Source: Planctomycetota bacterium
Lineage (GTDB): Bacteria; Planctomycetota; Planctomycetia; Pirellulales; Lacipirellulaceae
NCBI GenBank assembly: GCA_039190745.1
Contig: JBCCXZ010000004.1
Span: 55,698-119,697 of the forward strand
Direction of reading: 5' to 3'
Length of the DNA: 64,000 nucleotides
Positions 42,080 to 51,191 of the stretch are shown piece after piece (position 1 is the stretch's first letter; every line of letters starts with the position of its first letter). The notes under the pieces are model-generated. The model worked only from the letters and a program-made list of their open reading frames with translations. It made no database searches and was not told the DNA's origin. Position numbers and translations under genes: made by a program.

Positions 42080-44290
42080 TTACTGCACCAGACGCGCTGT
42101 CGGACTGGTGATAATCTTCTCGAAGATCTCGGTCAGGATCTGCTCGTACTCCTCAGGGTCGCCGCTGCCGCGCGGGCTCTGCCCCGCCGCGTTGGCGGTG
42201 CCGCCGATGCGAGCCACCCGGTCCATGAACTCGTAGTCGGTGCCCAGGCCGACGCCCACCGGGTACACCTCCGCCCGGTTCTCAAGCCGCAGTTCCCGCG
42301 TGCGGATCAGCGGTGCGTCGAGCCAGTAGTAGCCCCCTCCGTAGATGTCGTCGATGTCGTTGTCGTCCTCCGACTGCGAGTCGGCAATGTCGTCGATGGT
42401 GTCATCGATGCCGCCCTCGGACCCTTCGAAATCGTTGGGGATCCCGTCGGTCAGCAGCACCGCGATCTTCTCGGAAGTATCGCGGGCGTTGCCGCCCTTG
42501 CTCTTGCTGGTAAGGATGTCGGCGGCCACACGCAGACCGGCGTCGGTCGTCGTGCTCGCGCCCTTGTCGCCCACCGCCTGCAGCTTCGTGACCGCAAACA
42601 TCGCCTGCTTGTAGTCGCCGGTCAGCTGCTGGTGGACCACCGGCTTCTTGTTGCCCTGGATCGAGTCGTAAGAGACGATCGCCACGTGATCGCGGTTCGA
42701 CATGCCCGGCACGGCGTCGTTCCGGTCCAGCGCGACGTTCATCGCCGCGATCAGCGACCGCCGCACCGCGTGCATCGGCTGCTCACGCGGCGGGAAGCTG
42801 AAGTTGCCCGCCGGCGTCCCCTCGGTGTGGAACGGGCAGTCGGGGCTCTCCACCGACAGCGGGACGTACTGGGTGCCATTCGGCTTCAGGTCGCGTCCGT
42901 GGTCCATCATGAACTGCACGTACGTCTGGTAACCGATCTTGTTCCGCAGCTTCTTCGGCAGGTTGCTCTTCGCCTTCGGGAAGGTGGCCCTGTTTGGGTT
43001 GTTGAACTTGTGGATGCGGTCGCCGTCCTGGCTGGGCGGCAGCCACCCGCGGTCGACCGGCGGCGTGCCCGGCTTGAGCATCAGGTGCGTGGTGACGCCC
43101 CCCCAGGCGAAGGCCCGCGTCGCGGTGAACCAGGGTCCGGGGTCGTTGGCCACGGTGGCCAGTACGGCCCGGCCCGCGGGCTCGGCGCCGGGGACCCAGC
43201 GACCGATGGTCGGCGGCTTCGGCTTCGGCGGGGGCGGAGGCGTCGGATTCGGGGCCGGTGTCGGCGTGCCGCCCGGGCTCCCGCCGCCGCCAGTGCTCCC
43301 TCCGCCTCCGCTCGGGGGGCCGCCGGTGGAAGGCGGCGTCGGCGTCGGCGCGGGCTTCGGTTTTGGCGGCGTCGGGGCCTTAATCTTCACGGGCTGGATG
43401 ATGTAGTCGAGGTACTTCTCCCAGTAGCTGTAGTTCGCGCTGTTGGGCGTCGGCTTCGCGGCGGGCATCACCTTGGCGATCTGGTTGTCGATCATCCACT
43501 GGTAGGCCTTCTGCTTCCGCGTCTTCTCGTTGTCGCTCCCCTGGATGCGGTACTTGCTGTCCACACTTGCGTCGGTGAGCGGGCCGCCGTCGTCAGTCAG
43601 TTCGGCGTAAGCCCACTTGTCGCTCTTGACGCCCAGGGGCGAGCCTACGTGCTGCTGCTTCCCCGGGAACGCGCCGTAACCGAAGTCGGCGTAGACATTC
43701 ATCATCACCTGGTCGCCGACCTTCGAACCGAACTCCTTGTTCACCGTGGCGGTGGCCCAGGCCGGCTCCGCGTCGTCGTTCATCGAACCGGAGAGGTCCA
43801 CCACGAACGCGATGTCGCGCGGGTTGACCATCGCGATCGCCTCGGCCTCCATCGTGAAGTCCTGCTTCCCCATCACGCGGGCGAAGAAGAACGGCGCGTC
43901 GGTCCGCCGGGCCGTCACCCGCAGGGCGTTGCCCACGTCAGCGCTCGGCGTGAACGTGTCGGTGTCGACGTCCCAGATGCCGAACTCGATGTCGGCCTCC
44001 CCGTCGGTCACCTTGCGGCCCCCGGCGGAGTGCTCGGTCACGTAGTCTCGCGCGAGCGCCTTGATTTCGTCTGCTTCAAGGTACAGCGCGTTGCCGGCCG
44101 CCATCGCGCCCGAGTCGGCCGCTACCTGCAGCTGTGTGCGGATCACCATCATGAAGCCGATATCCACCGCGAAGGCAACCATCGACAGCACCATGACGAG
44201 CATGATCGCCGCGAGGATCACGATCACGCCGCGACGCTCGTTGCGCGCTTCCCGGTCTGTTTTTTCTTTCCGCTTCTGCATTTCCGTCAC
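42080..44290 (-). CDS. TadG-like pilus assembly protein with VWA domain
   Basis: RRGVIVILAA pilin-like N-terminus, VDIG...LQVAADSGA, MIDAS DLSGS, LLTDG. Confidence 0.85.
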   Translation of the reverse strand: MTEMQKRKEKTDREARNERRGVIVILAAIMLVMVLSMVAFAVDIGFMMVIRTQLQVAADSGAMAAGNALYLEADEIKALARDYVTEHSAGGRKVTDGEADIEFGIWDVDTDTFTPSADVGNALRVTARRTDAPFFFARVMGKQDFTMEAEAIAMVNPRDIAFVVDLSGSMNDDAEPAWATATVNKEFGSKVGDQVMMNVYADFGYGAFPGKQQHVGSPLGVKSDKWAYAELTDDGGPLTDASVDSKYRIQGSDNEKTRKQKAYQWMIDNQIAKVMPAAKPTPNSANYSYWEKYLDYIIQPVKIKAPTPPKPKPAPTPTPPSTGGPPSGGGGSTGGGGSPGGTPTPAPNPTPPPPPKPKPPTIGRWVPGAEPAGRAVLATVANDPGPWFTATRAFAWGGVTTHLMLKPGTPPVDRGWLPPSQDGDRIHKFNNPNRATFPKAKSNLPKKLRNKIGYQTYVQFMMDHGRDLKPNGTQYVPLSVESPDCPFHTEGTPAGNFSFPPREQPMHAVRRSLIAAMNVALDRNDAVPGMSNRDHVAIVSYDSIQGNKKPVVHQQLTGDYKQAMFAVTKLQAVGDKGASTTTDAGLRVAADILTSKSKGGNARDTSEKIAVLLTDGIPNDFEGSEGGIDDTIDDIADSQSEDDNDIDDIYGGGYYWLDAPLIRTRELRLENRAEVYPVGVGLGTDYEFMDRVARIGGTANAAGQSPRGSGDPEEYEQILTEIFEKIITSPTARLVQ

Positions 44291-44342
44291 CAGAGTGCGT
44301 GTTGCTTGTGCGTTCTAGCTGTTGGCCCGCGTGTTCGGGCGA

Positions 44343-44801
44343 CTAGCGGCTGAGCTGCTCGGGCGTGCCCGCGGCGGCGTTGGCCGCCGCGGCCCGCAGC
44401 CGGGTAACCTCGTCGGCCAGCTTGTTGAACTCGACAGCGAGTTCCTGCCAGTGGTCGCCTTTGCGGAACTGGACCTGCTTCGGAGTGTGGCCGTTCGCGA
44501 GCTTGGCCACTTCCTTCTGGATCCGCACGATCGGCCCCACCGAGCGGTGGCTGTAGCGGATCGCGTCGAACACCAGCCCCGGCAGCACCACCAGCGCCGC
44601 GATCAGCGAGGGACCGAACGACAGCAGCAGCCGCGACATCAGCACGTCGCCGCCCACGTCGCCCCCCTGCGCCAGGGCGACCAGGCACGCGATCGATGCG
44701 ATCAGCACCACCACGGCCAGCCAGTAGAACACCACCCGCAGGACGATACCGCCCTGCACGTCTGTCTCAACAAAGTACTGCTTACGTTTTTCTTGGCTCA
44801 T
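44343..44801 (-). CDS. Two-TM membrane protein with HAMP-like C-terminus
   Basis: RKQYFVETDVQG, two TM helices, SHRSVGPIVR...FRKGD...LAVEFN. Confidence 0.75.
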   Translation of the reverse strand: MSQEKRKQYFVETDVQGGIVLRVVFYWLAVVVLIASIACLVALAQGGDVGGDVLMSRLLLSFGPSLIAALVVLPGLVFDAIRYSHRSVGPIVRIQKEVAKLANGHTPKQVQFRKGDHWQELAVEFNKLADEVTRLRAAAANAAAGTPEQLSR

Positions 44802-44894
44802 GGCGAAAGCCCCGCGTGGGTTGGGTATGAGATCGGGCTCATGAAATAAACGTGTCCGGGGCGGCCCGCCCCGAGGGTCTTACTCTTATGTCGA

Positions 44895-45314
44895 CTACTC
44901 GACTGTCTCGCGTCGCATCACCGCCTCGGCCTCCAGCACCCGGCCGCCCAGGAAGAACGGCGCGGGCAGCCAAGTGTTCGAGTCGAACGGCACGGTTACC
45001 GAGACCGACACCGGCTGGTTGAAACCCGCGTTGGTCGGTGGGTCGGGCGTGAGCTTAATCTTCGCCCCCGCCACGCCCCCGGCGTTGAGGTAGTCGTTGA
45101 CCTTGTCGGTCACCTTCTTGTTCGTCGCCGAGTCGAGCACCGCGATCCGCGCGCCCTCGCGGGCCGCGTTGGTGATCACCTGCTGGACCATCATCATCCG
45201 GCCGAACTCGATCATGCCGAGAATGACCATGAAGAAAATCGGCGCCACGATCGCAAATTCGACCGCCGAAGCACCGCGCCGGGAACCGCTCAGAGTTGTC
45301 TTGCTATAGCGCAT
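44895..45314 (-). CDS. TadE-like pseudopilin
   Basis: RRGASAVEFAIVAP...IEFGR...AAREGAR. Confidence 0.9.
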   Translation of the reverse strand: MRYSKTTLSGSRRGASAVEFAIVAPIFFMVILGMIEFGRMMMVQQVITNAAREGARIAVLDSATNKKVTDKVNDYLNAGGVAGAKIKLTPDPPTNAGFNQPVSVSVTVPFDSNTWLPAPFFLGGRVLEAEAVMRRETVE

Positions 45315-45534
45315 CGATCCACCGCTGGGGGCTTCTGTCTACGCAGACCGCACAACGCCCGCGCGTCGGGGTCTGCCGGAGAAACTTAGGTCACCCCGGC
45401 GGCCAAGCCAGCAACCTTAGGCAGAATGAGCCCGGAAAGTTCCGGTCGCACCGGGTGCGCCGAAAGAAGCGGAAAAAGAAGAGCCGTGCCGGCGGAGGAG
45501 TCGGCCGACCCGCGGAGATCAACCCGCAGACTCC

Positions 45535-45581
45535 GAGTATCCCCGAGTGGATTCGAACCACTAACCTTCGGCTTCGGAGGC
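45535..45581 (-). repeat. Displaced 3' half of tRNA-Arg(CCG) (att-site direct repeat)
   Basis: Matches 46946-46992 except in the T-stem (AGTGG/CCACT vs GCTGG/CCAGC); 5' half absent. Confidence 0.88.
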
Positions 45582-45815
45582 GGGCCGACTTCAAGCGTTC
45601 TTTGGCTCAGATTTGCCTTGTTCAGCTTGGCTTAGCGCAATTCTTCAAGAATGCAAATCCTCGCACACTTCCGCTAGTCCTTGCACTATGACGCGGTATA
45701 GCAGAGACGCTCGTCGGGAAAACGGTAGGAACTGAATCCCATCGGATAGACAACGCTTCAGCCGCTGACTCCCGCGCGAACAAGGCCGGCCGCGGGGCCA
45801 TTACATCCGGGCTGA

Positions 45816-46484
45816 TCACTCGTGAACAATGACCTGCCTGACGTACTGACGCGACTCCTTAACCGACGATGAGCATGCCCAGGCCAGTGACCCGACCCAC
45901 CCTATCAGCGTCCAACCGAAGAAGACATTGATAAGGAATACGGGAACAGTGTTTTGGTGGTCTCGCGAGAACGCGACTGCCGTGGGGGCGAAATACAAGA
46001 GCAGCGAAGCGACCGCAACCGGAGGTCCGATCAGAAGCGCGGCGATCCTTACGCCAGCCTCTCCTTGCGACTGTTCGGAGGTATGATTCAGGGAGACGAG
46101 GAAGACGGCGGTTGCTAGGCCATACCCAATTACCAGAAGCCAACCCAGGATCCACACAAGCTGCTGCGATCTTGTGTTTGCAGCTGGAGAAGATCGTCGC
46201 CCTCGCGGATGGTCGGTTTGGATCTGAATTCGCTCGGGTTGGTCGTCGATTGGGTTCGGTCTGACCTTCTCATCTGTAGTGGCAGTGCTAACGCCTTCGA
46301 AGGACGGCCTCGAAATCGACTCCGGTTCGGGTTGGGCTGAGAATCGAGAAGGCTCAGGGTCCCTTAGCACCTCAGGTGTCGTTTGCATCGCCCCGCAAGC
46401 TGGGCACTTGCAGAGCTTCCCACCCATTGAGTCGGGTGCCTTGAGCCGCTTGCCGCAGTGCGAGCAATGGAACTGTACTGGCAT
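45816..46484 (-). CDS. Zn-ribbon + membrane protein with superinfection-immunity (T4 Imm-like) C-terminal domain
   Basis: CSHC...CPAC N-terminus; LYFAPTAVA...INVFFGWTLIGWVGSLAWA matches the Imm_superinfect pattern. Confidence 0.78.
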   Translation of the reverse strand: MPVQFHCSHCGKRLKAPDSMGGKLCKCPACGAMQTTPEVLRDPEPSRFSAQPEPESISRPSFEGVSTATTDEKVRPNPIDDQPERIQIQTDHPRGRRSSPAANTRSQQLVWILGWLLVIGYGLATAVFLVSLNHTSEQSQGEAGVRIAALLIGPPVAVASLLLYFAPTAVAFSRDHQNTVPVFLINVFFGWTLIGWVGSLAWACSSSVKESRQYVRQVIVHE

Positions 46485-46678
46485 GATCTAGCCCCCAGAT
46501 CTCGCTAGAGTACACGTGGGTATTGTTTTCCTGAGCATAGTGTGGTATTGGCAATGCCAAGTACCCACGGAAGGCATGCGTGCCGTCCGGCCTGTGCTGT
46601 GCGTTCACCGATGCCGCAGCCGCTTCACCCGCGACCCGAAAGCACCTTTGAATCTCTTCGTGTACTCAGTCAGCCACT

Positions 46679-46825
46679 CTAGGTGCCCCGCCCAAGCGTC
46701 ACGGTCTTCGAGATCGGCAGGCCTGTGCAGCACGATGTCTGGTCCCTGCCGTTGAGTGTGACGATGGCTTGCCCGCTGGCGCGGTGCTTACAATACCTGG
46801 GGACATGGCTCTTGGACCATGGCAT
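46679..46825 (-). pseudogene. N-terminal stub of a tyrosine integrase
   Basis: GGAG RBS; VPRYCKHRASGQAIVTLNGRD resembles the N-terminus of planctomycete phage integrases, then resemblance ends and the frame stops. Confidence 0.7.
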
Positions 46826-46948
46826 TGCGCGGTCTCCTATCCTGAGATTCAGAAACGGTACGTACCGTTTCTCACTCGGAATCTGAGCCGCACTGCCGAC
46901 CACCGGCAGGTATCGTAAGTCTTGATTCGGCCTTCTTCTTGCGAAGAG

Positions 46949-47022
46949 TATCCCCGGCTGGATTCGAACCAGCAACCTTCGGCTTCGGAGGCCGACACTC
47001 TATCCAGTTGAGCTACGGGGAC
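46949..47022 (-). tRNA. tRNA-Arg(CCG)
   Basis: GTCCCCG acceptor, D-arm, TCGGC-CTCCGAA-GCCGA anticodon arm, GCTGG-TTCGAAT-CCAGC T-arm; CCA not encoded. Confidence 0.95.
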
Positions 47023-47159
47023 GCTAAGACCGTAGTCTAGCCAATTGTCATGCGGCTGTAACGGCCCTCGGGGAGGCCACGGGTTTGCCGCGGCCGGGGC
47101 TGCCGGGTAGCTTAGCCGCTCACGCCCGGAACACCTCAACCAGCTAGCCCACCGTCCCC

Positions 47160-48260
47160 ATGCATCGAACTCTGCAAGCGTGCCGACCGTTAGGCCTCTT
47201 CGCGATCTCGCTGGTCGCGATCATCGAGTCCGCCTCGGCCCACGGAGTGGGCGACTCTATGGCCGAGACGGCTGTGCGCTTCCTGGCCAGCCTTGAGCCG
47301 GACCAGCGCCTGCAAGCCGCCCTGGCCCTCGACGCCCCGGATCGGGCGGCCTGGAGTTTCTTCCCCGCCCACGCATTGCAAGAAGGCTACGGCCGGCCGG
47401 GGGTTGCCCTGGGCGACCTGCGGCCCGACCAGCGCCTGCTGGCCCACAAAATCCTCAAGAGCGCGCTCGCGCACCGCGGCTACCTCCAAGCGCTCACGGT
47501 GATGACCCTGGAACAGGCGCTCCACGAGATCGAGGACGACAACCCCCACCGCGACGCTGGCGACTACCGCCTCGCCGTGTTCGGCGAGCCGACGCACGGC
47601 GGCCGATGGGCGTGGCGATTCGAGGGGCACCACCTCTCGATCAACCTCACCCTCGACGGGGGGCACGTCGTCGCCGCGACGCCGTCATTCTTCGGCTCAA
47701 ACCCCGCCCGCGTCACCGAGGGAGCGCTCGCCGGGACCCGAGCACTAGCGGCGGAACGCGACCTGGCGCTGGAACTCGTGCGGTCGCTCTCGCCGGAGCA
47801 ACGATCGGGTGCGATCGTGAGCGACTCAGCCCCCGCCGACCTGCTCACACGATTCGACCCGCAAGCGGAGCGAAGCCTCTTCGGCAACGACCAAGGCATC
47901 CTCGCCGCGGACCTGACCGAGCCGCAACGGCGGCTGCTCCGACAGCTTGTCGCGCAGTACACCAAGAAGTACCGGCCGCCCGTGCTGGAACACCTGCCGA
48001 GCATCGGTGAACTGCAAACCGGCGAAGGGCTACGCAAAGAAAACACACGATTCGCTTGGGCGGGATCGACCGAGCCGGGCCAGCCCTGCTACTACCGGGT
48101 TGTGACACCGAGCTTTGTGTTCGAGTTCGACACCCCCGCCGGAAACGCCAACCACGTGCACAGCGTGTGGCGTGCGTTCGACGGTGACTTTGGACGGAAC
48201 ACGCTCGCCGAGCACTACCGCACGTCCCACCGGTCGGCAGAGACCGCGTCGTCACCCTAG
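47160..48260 (+). CDS. DUF3500 family secreted protein
   Basis: Signal peptide; WAWRFEGHHLSIN, TPSFFGSNP, FAWAG, NHVHSVWR...DFG. Confidence 0.85.
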   Translation: MHRTLQACRPLGLFAISLVAIIESASAHGVGDSMAETAVRFLASLEPDQRLQAALALDAPDRAAWSFFPAHALQEGYGRPGVALGDLRPDQRLLAHKILKSALAHRGYLQALTVMTLEQALHEIEDDNPHRDAGDYRLAVFGEPTHGGRWAWRFEGHHLSINLTLDGGHVVAATPSFFGSNPARVTEGALAGTRALAAERDLALELVRSLSPEQRSGAIVSDSAPADLLTRFDPQAERSLFGNDQGILAADLTEPQRRLLRQLVAQYTKKYRPPVLEHLPSIGELQTGEGLRKENTRFAWAGSTEPGQPCYYRVVTPSFVFEFDTPAGNANHVHSVWRAFDGDFGRNTLAEHYRTSHRSAETASSP

Positions 48261-48348
48261 TGCGAGTCGCACATAGGTATAGCGTCGGCGGCGATGTGTT
48301 CGCCGACTGTTCCGACGGAGAAGCCGCTACGCCTCGGTGTTGTGCGCT

Positions 48349-49236
48349 CTAGCGGCTCACGTTCGCCAAGAGCGGCAGCCGCTCGCGGCTGGAGACCACC
48401 ACGCCGCCGGGCTTCTCGACTGTCACCGCGAACAGCTTCACGCCCGTCACCGGCAGCTTTGCGTCAACCTCCACCAGCACGTCGCCCTCCGAGCTGGGCA
48501 CGTCGAACACGCCGCCGTCGATCGGGTAGTCGTCGTCCTGCGCCTCGTCGAAGATCCAGAGCTGGTACTGCTCCGCCGTCGGGTCGTTCGCCGCCAGGCC
48601 GCGGAAGCGCATCACGCCCCGTTGCCGCTTGTTGCTCCAGAGAACGTCGCCCTCCGCCTCCGCCCCGGATGCGTCTCCGCCCGGAGCCCACTCGACCAGC
48701 ACGACCTCGCCGGGCGACGCTTCGGCATCGGCCAAAAGCTCGGCCCGCAACGACTCGACGGAAAGCGGTTTGTCTTCTGAAGAGGGGCCTTCTGAAGATG
48801 AAGAGGGGTCAACAGCTTCTATCGGATCAAGCTCAGCGAGCTCGGCCGGCTGGTCGAGAGTCGCGAACCAGACAAAAACCAGGGAAGCGGCCGCCACGAA
48901 CCACGCCAGCCCCTCACGCAACGAGAACACCGCACCCTCGCCCGAGGCGGGACGTCGAGTCACAACACGGTCGGCGGGATTCGCGAAGCCCGCAACCATC
49001 GATTCGCCATCGCGTCGAACCTGTTCCGCCACAGCGGCGGGCATCGGCTCAATCACGCCTATCGCGGCGAGCTGCCCGGAAGCCGCGGCGCGGTCGAAGG
49101 ACTCCCGTTCGGCGTCACTCATCAGTTGCGCGAGGCCTTCGAGCTCGCGATCCTCCGCGTCGTCGAGCCCGAACAGGGCGCGGTCCGCGAGCAGTTCCGC
49201 CAAGCGGTCGAGGTCGCTTTGAGGTTGGTCGCTCAT
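48349..49236 (-). CDS. Anti-sigma factor, RskA-like
   Basis: Single TM; QYQLWIFD, FAVTVEKPGGV; overlaps stop of the ECF sigma gene. Confidence 0.88.
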   Translation of the reverse strand: MSDQPQSDLDRLAELLADRALFGLDDAEDRELEGLAQLMSDAERESFDRAAASGQLAAIGVIEPMPAAVAEQVRRDGESMVAGFANPADRVVTRRPASGEGAVFSLREGLAWFVAAASLVFVWFATLDQPAELAELDPIEAVDPSSSSEGPSSEDKPLSVESLRAELLADAEASPGEVVLVEWAPGGDASGAEAEGDVLWSNKRQRGVMRFRGLAANDPTAEQYQLWIFDEAQDDDYPIDGGVFDVPSSEGDVLVEVDAKLPVTGVKLFAVTVEKPGGVVVSSRERLPLLANVSR

Positions 49237-49811
49237 CGCACGCCCCCTTTCACCGCGGCGGTCTCGCCCGCAGGCTCCGCCGGTTGCTGCCCCGCGAGTC
49301 GTTCACGAAGTTTGATCAGGCCCCGCCGCGCGTGCGACTTGACGGTGCCCAGCGGCATGCCGAGCCGGTCGGCGATCTCCGACTGAGACAGACCCGATTC
49401 CAGCGCCAAACGCAGCACATAACGCTCCTCAGCTTTGAGCGAGTCCATGCAGCGGCGGGCCAGCTCCGCTTCCTCTCGGATGCCCACGTAGTCTTTTTCC
49501 GGTTCCGCCTCCGGAGCCTCGATCAGCGGCTCGGGGCTCGGCCGGCGGGTCGCCTTGCGGAGCCGATCGATCAGCCGCCGCCGGGCGATCATCGTCACGA
49601 AGCCGGGTTCGCTGCCGAGTTTGGGGTCGTACCGCTCGGCCTGCTGCCAGAGCTGGACGAATATCTCCTGCACCGCGTCTTCGGCATCTGCCGTGGTCGC
49701 GGACATCCGCCGGGCCAGCGTCCACACCAGCCCGCCGTACTCGGCGATGCACTGCTCGACCGCCGAGGCGTCGCCGCCGGCCACCCGTTCGATGAACCCG
49801 CCCGTGCTCAA
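49233..49811 (-). CDS. ECF RNA polymerase sigma factor (SigK-like)
   Basis: DAEDAVQEIF, IARRRLIDRLR, LSQSEIADRLGMPLGTVKS; likely TTG start at 49811 after GGAGGAG. Confidence 0.92.
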   Translation of the reverse strand: MSTGGFIERVAGGDASAVEQCIAEYGGLVWTLARRMSATTADAEDAVQEIFVQLWQQAERYDPKLGSEPGFVTMIARRRLIDRLRKATRRPSPEPLIEAPEAEPEKDYVGIREEAELARRCMDSLKAEERYVLRLALESGLSQSEIADRLGMPLGTVKSHARRGLIKLRERLAGQQPAEPAGETAAVKGGVR

Positions 49812-49890
49812 CCCAACCCCCGGCTCCTCCAACAGCACCCCTCATCCGCAGGCCAAGAGCCGGCGACGCGAGGGACCGCGGAGTCGTTGA

Positions 49891-49929
49891 AAAACCAACA
49901 GGGCGGGCCGCAAACGCACGGCCCGCCCC
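49891..49929 (-). terminator. Putative terminator/attenuator between fasciclin gene and sigma gene
   Basis: GGGCGGGCCG/CGGCCCGCCC stem with T-rich tail on the minus strand. Confidence 0.55.
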
Positions 49930-49943
49930 GGTTGGACTGCAAG

Positions 49944-50927
49944 CTACTGGGGCAAGATCACCGAGTCAATCACGTGGATCACGCCGTTGCTGGTCGCGAT
50001 GTCGGTCTTGAGCACATTTGCCCCGTCAACCGTCACGCGGCCGTCCGCGACGCCGATCGACACCGACTGCCCCTGCACAGTCTTCGCCGCGTCGAGCTTC
50101 ACCACGTCCGCCGCCAGCACCTTGCCGGGGACGACGTGGTAAGTGAGCACCTTCACGAGCTGGCCTTTGTTCTCCGGCTTCAGCAGCGTTTCGACCGTGC
50201 CTGCCGGGAGCTTGGCGAACGCTTCGTCGGTCGGGGCAAACACCGTGAAGGGCCCGTCGCCTTTGAGCGTCTCGACCAAGCCCGCCGCCTGCACCGCGGC
50301 AACCAGGGTCTTAAAGCTGCCCGCGGCCACGGCCGTGTCGACAATGTCGGAGCCCGGCTCGGCGGCGGCCTTGCCGGAGCTCGGCGGAATCAGCACGCTG
50401 TCGATCACGTGGATTACGCCGTTCGAGCAATGGATGTCGGCTTTGACCACCTTCGACTCGTTGATCAGCACCTCGCCATTCGCGTTGGTGATCGCGACAT
50501 TACCGCCCTGCACGGTCTGAGCCGATGACAGGTTCACTACTTGCGATGCCGTCACGTTGCCGGCGACCACGTGGTAGGTGAGGATCGCAACCAATTGATC
50601 CTTGTTTTCCGGCTTCAGCAACGACTCGACCGTTCCCTTAGGCAGCTTGGCGAATGCCTCGTCGGTCGGAGCAAACACCGTGAACGGACCATCGCTCTTG
50701 AGCGTGTCTACCAAACCCGCCGCCTTCACAGCCGCGACCAAAGTCTTGAAGCTGCCGGCGGCGACCGCCGTGTCGACGATATCTGCCTCCTGCGGCGCGT
50801 AAGCGGCGTGGTGGACCTGGACCGACCCATGGTGGGCCTTGTTCTTTTTGCACTGCGCGTGGGCTGTGGTTCCGATCAGCGTCGCAACGCATACAACCGC
50901 GGCGATCGCCCCTGTAAGAGTCCGCAT
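49944..50927 (-). CDS. Secreted fasciclin (FAS1) protein with two domains
   Basis: Two copies of [18 protein letters not shown]...[13 protein letters not shown]...[10 protein letters not shown]. Confidence 0.95.
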   Translation of the reverse strand: MRTLTGAIAAVVCVATLIGTTAHAQCKKNKAHHGSVQVHHAAYAPQEADIVDTAVAAGSFKTLVAAVKAAGLVDTLKSDGPFTVFAPTDEAFAKLPKGTVESLLKPENKDQLVAILTYHVVAGNVTASQVVNLSSAQTVQGGNVAITNANGEVLINESKVVKADIHCSNGVIHVIDSVLIPPSSGKAAAEPGSDIVDTAVAAGSFKTLVAAVQAAGLVETLKGDGPFTVFAPTDEAFAKLPAGTVETLLKPENKGQLVKVLTYHVVPGKVLAADVVKLDAAKTVQGQSVSIGVADGRVTVDGANVLKTDIATSNGVIHVIDSVILPQ

Positions 50928-51030
50928 GGTAAGTTCCTCTGCTTCTGTCGTGAGTTGGAAGTTTCTTCGGCAAGAAAAACGAGCCACCCGGGCGGCTCTG
51001 AGGGAGGGAGGTGCGCGCCTCATCAGTGTG

Positions 51031-51057
51031 TTCGTGCGACCCAACCGCACGGATGCA
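51031..51057 (-). promoter_or_regulatory. SigK-like ECF promoter upstream of the fasciclin gene
   Basis: Minus strand TGCATCC-N16-CGAA, resembling the SigK-type CATCC...CGAA consensus. Confidence 0.6.
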
Positions 51058-51095
51058 ACCAACCGGCGTCAGCGGCAAACAAAAACACCGTGCGC

Positions 51096-51130
51096 AAAAA
51101 AACCCGCCCGCGCTGTCGCGCGAGCGGGTT
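51096..51130 (-). terminator. Rho-independent terminator
   Basis: AACCCGC...GCGGGTT stem and T7 on the minus strand after 51192-53132. Confidence 0.75.
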
Positions 51131-51191
51131 ATCCGGCTTGATTTGCAACGAGGAGGAATCAGCCGACACGCGGCCACCCACACCTTGGGCG

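Larger units (their letters stand above)
45535..46992. mobile_element. Decayed tRNA-Arg-integrated mini-island (~1.4 kb)
   Basis: Flanking tRNA 3'-end duplication, integrase stub next to the tRNA, cargo gene, visibly lower GC. Confidence 0.82.

Noticed and set aside
45535..45590. Possible second complete tRNA-Arg
   Set aside because: Acceptor 5' strand and D-arm are absent; treated as an att fragment.
48294..50528. 744-aa plus-strand ORF (also 51303-53225, 42632-44353, 57074-59077)
   Set aside because: Shadow frames overlapping well-supported genes; Arg/Pro-rich and motif-free.
49944..50800. Long internal DNA repeat, considered as a DGR TR/VR pair
   Set aside because: Explained by two tandem FAS1 domains in one ORF; differences are not adenine-specific and no reverse transcriptase is present.
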